Source: Bacteroidia bacterium (lineage in GTDB: Bacteria; Bacteroidota; Bacteroidia; NS11-12g; UBA9320). From it: a DNA stretch of 64,000 nucleotides. A program made the translations under genes and the position numbers. Below are positions 59,097-64,000 of the stretch, in pieces. A model generated the notes under the pieces. The model worked only from the letters and a program-made list of their open reading frames with translations, ran no database searches and was not told the DNA's origin. Each line of letters begins with the position of its first letter. The stretch's first letter is position 1. The stretch spans positions 256,001 through 320,000 of the forward strand of contig CBDCFW010000006.1 in assembly GCA_965216465.1 (NCBI GenBank). Reading direction: 5' to 3'.

Positions 59097-61364
59097 ATGG
59101 AAAATCAATTTGATAATGCCCTTGACTATCACTCCGAAGGGAGGCCAGGGAAAATAGAAGTTATTCCAACCAAACCAACACGAACCAAACGCGATTTAAG
59201 TTTGGCCTACTCTCCTGGAGTTGCCGACCCTTGCGAAGAAATCGCAAAAGATCCGCAAGATGCTTATAAGTACACTGCAAAAGGAAACTTAGTAGGTGTA
59301 ATTAGCAATGGAACCGCTGTATTGGGATTGGGAGACCTTGGAGCTCTTGCCTCTAAGCCAGTGATGGAAGGTAAAGGCGTATTATTCAAAATATTCGCCG
59401 ATATCGATGTATTTGACATTGAGATAAATGAAACAGACCCTGAGAAATTTATTGAAGTAGTAAAGGCATTAGAACCCACTTTTGGAGGAATAAATCTAGA
59501 AGATATAAAGGCCCCTGAAAGTTTTATCATTGAAGAAAGGCTCAAAGCAGAAACGAATATTCCACTCATGCACGACGACCAACATGGTACAGCCATTATT
59601 AGTGGTGCTGCCTTGTTGAACGCCTTGGATATTGCTGGTAAGAAGATTGAAGACGTTCTTATGGTCATAAACGGTGCTGGAGCAAGTGCTATCGCCTGCG
59701 GAAAGTTGTTCGTTGCTTTAGGAATTAAGCGAGAAAATATTCTAATGCTTGACAGTAAAGGAGTTATTAGAAAAGACCGTGAAGGACTCGACGACAACAA
59801 GAAGTTTTTTGCCACCGAACTTGACTTTCACGACATCGATGATGCGTGCAACAAAGCCGACATTTTTGTTGGACTATCGCGTGCCGATGTATTATCGGTC
59901 GAAAATGTGAAATCGATGGCTAAGAATCCAATTGTGTTTGCACTGGCCAACCCAAATCCCGAGATTGCCTATGAAAAAGCAATTAATTCTCGTGGAGATA
60001 TCATTATGGCTACTGGCCGTTCAGATTATCCAAATCAAGTGAATAATGTACTCGGTTTCCCTTTTATTTTTAGAGGAGCACTTGACGTACGTGCAACCGC
60101 TATCAACGAAGAAATGAAGTTGGCTGCGGTTCGTGCTTTGGCAGATTTAGCAAAAGAACCTGTTCCTGATGGTGTTCTTTTAGCATACAACGAGCCCGAT
60201 ATCACATACGGTAAAGAATATATCATTCCTAAACCGCTTGACCCAAGATTAATTACCGCAGTTGCTCCAGCTGTTGCAAAAGCAGCAATGGATAGTGGAG
60301 TAGCCCAACACAACATTGAGGATTGGGAAAAATATAAAATCAGACTTAGAAAGCGGCTAGGTTTAGATAATCGATTCTTACGTGGTCTTTCGAACCGTGC
60401 TCGTAAAAATCCACAGCGTGTTGTGTTTGGAGAGGCAGATAAAATCAAAGTTCTAAAAGCGGCAAATATTGCAAAAGAAGAAGGTGGATGTTTCCCAATT
60501 CTTCTAGGGCACCGCGATAAGATTATGGCATTAATTGAAGAGCATCAATTGAGCTTAGATGAATGTCCAATTATAGACCCTACAAAAAGCAATGAAACCA
60601 CTGAAAAATATGGCAAATTGTACTACGAGAAAAGAGCTCGCAAGGGCTTGACCGAATTTGAAGCCATTAAAGCCATGAGGCAACGAACTCATTTTGGTGC
60701 AATGATGGTTGAACTGGGTGAAGCTGATGCCTTTATTTCGGGTCTAAGCAGAAACTATCCAAATACAATTCGTCCAGCACTAGAAATAATTGGAACTGAA
60801 GAAGGAATTAATAAGGTTGCCGGCATGTATGTTATCACCAGTAAGCAAGGACCTTTGTTCTTTGCTGATACTACGGTTAACATCAATCCTAGCACACAAG
60901 ATTTGGTCGACATCGTTAAACTTACACATCGAATGGTTAGTAAGTTGAATATCAAACCAAGAATTGCGATGTTAAGCTACAGCAACTTTGGCTCAGCAAA
61001 AGGTGAAACAGTAAGCAAAATTCAAGAAGCAGTGAAACACCTGCACAAAAACCATCCTGAAATAATTGTAGATGGAGAAATGCAGGCCAATGTTGCCATG
61101 GATGCAGAATTGCGTCAGGAAGTATTTCCTTTTTGCAAGCTAGGTGCGGAAAATGCAAATGTGTTTATTTTCCCTGGACTTGATTCAGGAAACATCGCTT
61201 ATAAAATGGTTCAAGGATTGGGTGTTGCCGAAGCCATAGGACCTATTCTTTTGGGAGTACGTAAATCAGTGCATGTGTTACAACTAGGCAGTTCAGTTCG
61301 TGAGATTGTGAACATGATTAACCTTGCCGTAGTAGACGCTCAAAGCAAGAAAGGACTGTTTTAA
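59097..61364 (+). CDS. maeB: NADP-dependent malic enzyme with PTA-like domain
   Basis: SLAYSPGVA, KPVMEGK, HDDQHGTAI, ATGRSDYPNQVNN, LSYSNFGS, GNIAYK. Confidence 0.95.
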   Translation: MENQFDNALDYHSEGRPGKIEVIPTKPTRTKRDLSLAYSPGVADPCEEIAKDPQDAYKYTAKGNLVGVISNGTAVLGLGDLGALASKPVMEGKGVLFKIFADIDVFDIEINETDPEKFIEVVKALEPTFGGINLEDIKAPESFIIEERLKAETNIPLMHDDQHGTAIISGAALLNALDIAGKKIEDVLMVINGAGASAIACGKLFVALGIKRENILMLDSKGVIRKDREGLDDNKKFFATELDFHDIDDACNKADIFVGLSRADVLSVENVKSMAKNPIVFALANPNPEIAYEKAINSRGDIIMATGRSDYPNQVNNVLGFPFIFRGALDVRATAINEEMKLAAVRALADLAKEPVPDGVLLAYNEPDITYGKEYIIPKPLDPRLITAVAPAVAKAAMDSGVAQHNIEDWEKYKIRLRKRLGLDNRFLRGLSNRARKNPQRVVFGEADKIKVLKAANIAKEEGGCFPILLGHRDKIMALIEEHQLSLDECPIIDPTKSNETTEKYGKLYYEKRARKGLTEFEAIKAMRQRTHFGAMMVELGEADAFISGLSRNYPNTIRPALEIIGTEEGINKVAGMYVITSKQGPLFFADTTVNINPSTQDLVDIVKLTHRMVSKLNIKPRIAMLSYSNFGSAKGETVSKIQEAVKHLHKNHPEIIVDGEMQANVAMDAELRQEVFPFCKLGAENANVFIFPGLDSGNIAYKMVQGLGVAEAIGPILLGVRKSVHVLQLGSSVREIVNMINLAVVDAQSKKGLF

Positions 61365-61383
61365 TTAGTATATTTGGAAGGAT

Positions 61384-61884
61384 ATGAAAAAACTCCTTCT
61401 TGGTATGGCTCTATTCTTGAGCATCAGCTCCTTAGCACAATCAGATTCAAGTTCTTCTGCACCTAATTTTCGCTTTAGTGCTAGTATTGGAAGTATGACC
61501 GGGTTAAACTATTTAAAGAACGAACCCGATGCGGCATTTGTATTTAACCCAAGTATAGAATCTGGCAAGATTGTCTCTATTCATGCTGGAGCATTGGTAC
61601 TATCAAGAGATATGATTCTAGTCGACTCTACACACTCAAAACGAACTACATTTATTGAGGTTGGTCTGAGTGCCAGACAGACCTTTGCTGACGATAAATT
61701 GTATGCTGGAGGGGGATATTATTTCTTAAGAAATAGTGGCGGTGAAGGCCATCGTGTTGTAGGACAACTGGGTGTCAGAGTCTCCAAGTTTTCTTCATTC
61801 TATATTGAACATAGTAAAATCTACGCCAAGGATGAAGATTTCACAGGCAGTCTTTTAAATTTCGGGATTTCTCTGCAGTTTTAG
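61384..61884 (+). CDS. Small outer-membrane beta-barrel-like protein, paralogue 1
   Basis: Signal peptide; C-terminal FGISLQF beta-signal. Confidence 0.7.
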   Translation: MKKLLLGMALFLSISSLAQSDSSSSAPNFRFSASIGSMTGLNYLKNEPDAAFVFNPSIESGKIVSIHAGALVLSRDMILVDSTHSKRTTFIEVGLSARQTFADDKLYAGGGYYFLRNSGGEGHRVVGQLGVRVSKFSSFYIEHSKIYAKDEDFTGSLLNFGISLQF

Positions 61885-61968
61885 ACAAGATTGCGTTATT
61901 CAATATCGCTAATACTTATCTAATCGACAATTCAATTAGGTCTGCATTAATTCGTATATTTGGAAAAC

Positions 61969-62469
61969 ATGAAAAAACTCCTTCTTGGTATAGCTCTATT
62001 ATTGAGCATCAGCTCCTTAGCACAATCTGATTCAAGTTCTTCTCCACCATACATTAGACTTAATATGGGTTTAGGATCTATGACTGGATCCAATTTTACT
62101 AAGACATTTCCTGACGCTGCACTTGTTATTAATCCAAGTCTGGAATTCGGCAATAATATCTCTTTGCACGCTGGGGGTTTGGTATTAGTCAGAGATTCGT
62201 TAACCTTAGATTCTACCCGAACACGAGGGGTAGAGTTTTTTGAGATCGGCTTTTGTGCTAAACAAACATTTGCAAATGAAAAAATGTACGCTCGAGGAGG
62301 ATACTTTATTTTGTCGAACAGCAACGGCGAAGGACATCGTGTATTGGGTCAACTAGGCCTTTCAGTCTCCGAGTATACCAATTTCTATCTTGAGTATAGC
62401 AGGCTCTATGCGAAACAAGAAGATTTACTCGGCAATCTCTTTACATTTGGATTTTCATTTCAATTTTGA
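61969..62469 (+). CDS. Small outer-membrane beta-barrel-like protein, paralogue 2
   Basis: Colinear paralogue of 61384..61884; ends FGFSFQF; ATG at 61969. Confidence 0.7.
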   Translation: MKKLLLGIALLLSISSLAQSDSSSSPPYIRLNMGLGSMTGSNFTKTFPDAALVINPSLEFGNNISLHAGGLVLVRDSLTLDSTRTRGVEFFEIGFCAKQTFANEKMYARGGYFILSNSNGEGHRVLGQLGLSVSEYTNFYLEYSRLYAKQEDLLGNLFTFGFSFQF

Positions 62470-62903
62470 TTATTGAACAAATAAAAATTCCAAGTGAACA
62501 ATACACCCAATCTTTAGGTTTGAGGCAAGATGTACTTCGAACACCTTTAGGGCTTGATATTAAAGATGAAGATCTTTCTGACGACATACATCAAATCCAC
62601 TTTGGAGCATTTCAACAAGGAACAATTGTTGGCATTGTAATTTTAGTTCCACACTATCAACCAGGAGTTGGTAAGTTAAGACAAATGGCAACGTCTCCAG
62701 AAGTTCGAGGTAAAGGCATTGGCATCAAACTGGTTGAAGCACTTGAAACATATGCTAATGCCAATGATATGCCAACCGTCTTATTGCACGCCAGGGAGGT
62801 AGCCATGGGTTTTTACGAAAAGCTTGGTTACACTATCTGTTCCGAACCGTTTGAAGAAGTTGGAATTAAGCATTTCAAAATGAAGAAAATGTTAAGTGAA
62901 TAA
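62466..62903 (+). CDS. GNAT family N-acetyltransferase
   Basis: LRQ.VLR.PLG, KLRQMAT....RGKGIG, HARE.A..FYEKLGY, H..M.K. Confidence 0.9.
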   Translation: MIIEQIKIPSEQYTQSLGLRQDVLRTPLGLDIKDEDLSDDIHQIHFGAFQQGTIVGIVILVPHYQPGVGKLRQMATSPEVRGKGIGIKLVEALETYANANDMPTVLLHAREVAMGFYEKLGYTICSEPFEEVGIKHFKMKKMLSE

Positions 62904-62917
62904 TTCATCTTTGCATC

Positions 62918-64000
62918 CTGCGTTTACTTGATTCCATAAACAACCCAGAAGACCTTAAAAAACTATCTGTAGATCAGCTTCCGAGCTTGTGCACTGAGAT
63001 ACGCGAGTTTTTCATTGAAAAGATTTTGAAGAATGGTGGTCACTTCAGTGCCAATTTAGGGGTTGTTGAATTAACCGTAGCCTTGCATTATGTCTTCGAT
63101 TTTAAATCAGATAAATTGGTATGGGACGTTGGTCATCAAGCCTACATTCATAAGCTGCTAACCGGACGTAAAAGCGAATTTGAAACCATCCGAAAAATGG
63201 ATGGATTGAGCGGATTCCCGAAGATTGACGAAAGCGTTTACGACCATTTCGGCACTGGGCATTCTTCGACTTCGATCTCAGCAATTTTGGGAATGGCTGA
63301 AGCTTCTTTTCTTAACAAAGAAAACAAGAAACATGTGGCTGTTATTGGCGATGGTTCTTTAAGTGGAGGGATGGCTTTTGAGGCTTTGAATAACTTGGGA
63401 ATGTCAAAAGCCAATGTTTTAGTTATTGTAAACGACAACGAGATGGGAATTGACCCTAATCTCGGAGCTATAAACCAACATTTGGCTAAGATTGATTCAT
63501 CTTCTACAAACGTCTTTCAGAATTTAAATTTAGATTATTCTGGTCCGATTGATGGTCACGATATAACGCAACTCATTGCCTATCTAAGGGAAAATAAATC
63601 TGCACAAACTCCAAAGGTTCTGCATATAAAGACCACCAAGGGAAAAGGTCATGAAGCTGCAGAACGGGAACAAACCCAATGGCACAGCGTAAGCTATGTT
63701 AAGATTGACCCGCTAAAGCCAGAAACACTTGAAGTAAAACCTCCAAAATTTCAAGATGTATTTGGTCACACCTTAGTAGAGCTTGCTGAAAAAGATGAAC
63801 GCGTTGTCGGAATCACGCCAGCCATGCCAAGTGGGTCATCTATGAAATATTTGATGGAGGCCATGCCGGAACGAGTTTTTGATGTTGGGATTGCAGAACA
63901 GCATGCAGTTACCTTTTCAGCCGGACTTGCATTGGAAGGTAAAAGACCTTTTTGCAATATTTACTCTTCTTTCACACAACGTGCATATGACCAAATCATT
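62918..64000 (+). CDS. dxs: 1-deoxy-D-xylulose-5-phosphate synthase, 3'-partial (absent from the ORF track)
   Basis: Hand translation gives RLLDSINNPEDLK, GGHFSANLGVVELTVALH, WDVGHQAY.HK, GHSSTSIS, IGDGSLSGG, GPIDGHD, DVGIAEQHAV, QRAYDQII; probable CTG start. Confidence 0.93.
   Translation, partial: MRLLDSINNPEDLKKLSVDQLPSLCTEIREFFIEKILKNGGHFSANLGVVELTVALHYVFDFKSDKLVWDVGHQAYIHKLLTGRKSEFETIRKMDGLSGFPKIDESVYDHFGTGHSSTSISAILGMAEASFLNKENKKHVAVIGDGSLSGGMAFEALNNLGMSKANVLVIVNDNEMGIDPNLGAINQHLAKIDSSSTNVFQNLNLDYSGPIDGHDITQLIAYLRENKSAQTPKVLHIKTTKGKGHEAAEREQTQWHSVSYVKIDPLKPETLEVKPPKFQDVFGHTLVELAEKDERVVGITPAMPSGSSMKYLMEAMPERVFDVGIAEQHAVTFSAGLALEGKRPFCNIYSSFTQRAYDQII

Larger units (their letters stand above)
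61361..62469 (+). repeat. Tandem gene duplication including promoter element
   Basis: Both copies are preceded by TTAATTnGTATATTTGGAA; the first 75 coding nt match at 72 positions. Confidence 0.85.

Noticed and set aside
63430-63560. Short linker in DXS between NDN.MGIDPN.GA and GPIDGHD
   Set aside because: A variable, largely disordered region; short forms occur in other Bacteroidota DXS, and the frame is intact.
274-63957. Numerous 60-180 aa ORFs overlapping larger genes (e.g. 59264..59815, 60035..60448, 31960..32325, 61947..62324, 63102..63957)
   Set aside because: Antisense or alternate-frame shadows of well-supported genes with no recognisable motifs.
1-64000. CRISPR arrays, tRNA/rRNA genes, IS elements, integrases, prophage or defence systems
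   Set aside because: No repeat-spacer periodicity, RNA gene signatures or transposase, integrase or phage motifs were seen.

Overview
A gene-dense chromosomal window from a Bacteroidota (Bacteroidia-like) bacterium. The assignment rests on type IX secretion (T9SS) C-terminal domains, TAnnTTTG promoter elements, the absence of Shine-Dalgarno sequences and D(S/T)x glycosylation motifs. Housekeeping genes include mpl, yebC, an acyl-CoA carboxylase beta subunit, pyrC, a split metH behind a SAM riboswitch, bshA, aroE, an ABC-F ATPase, tsaB, lpdA, serS, maeB and a 3'-partial dxs. These are interspersed with envelope and T9SS cargo genes. I saw no rRNA, tRNA, CRISPR array, transposase or prophage. 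The most intriguing locus (23.8-31.6 kb) is an ECF sigma factor followed by an anti-sigma-like membrane protein whose far end is a T9SS type-B sorting domain, then a ~2000-aa PKD surface protein; this could be secretion-coupled transcriptional control. Other notable items are a cytochrome c lipoprotein/OB-fold/YceI/beta-barrel operon, a creD membrane operon with two copies of a palindromic operator, a homopolymer frameshift in bshA, two probable CTG start codons, and tandem outer-membrane paralogues whose leaders are near-identical while their mature domains have diverged. All family calls come from motif recognition, not database searches.
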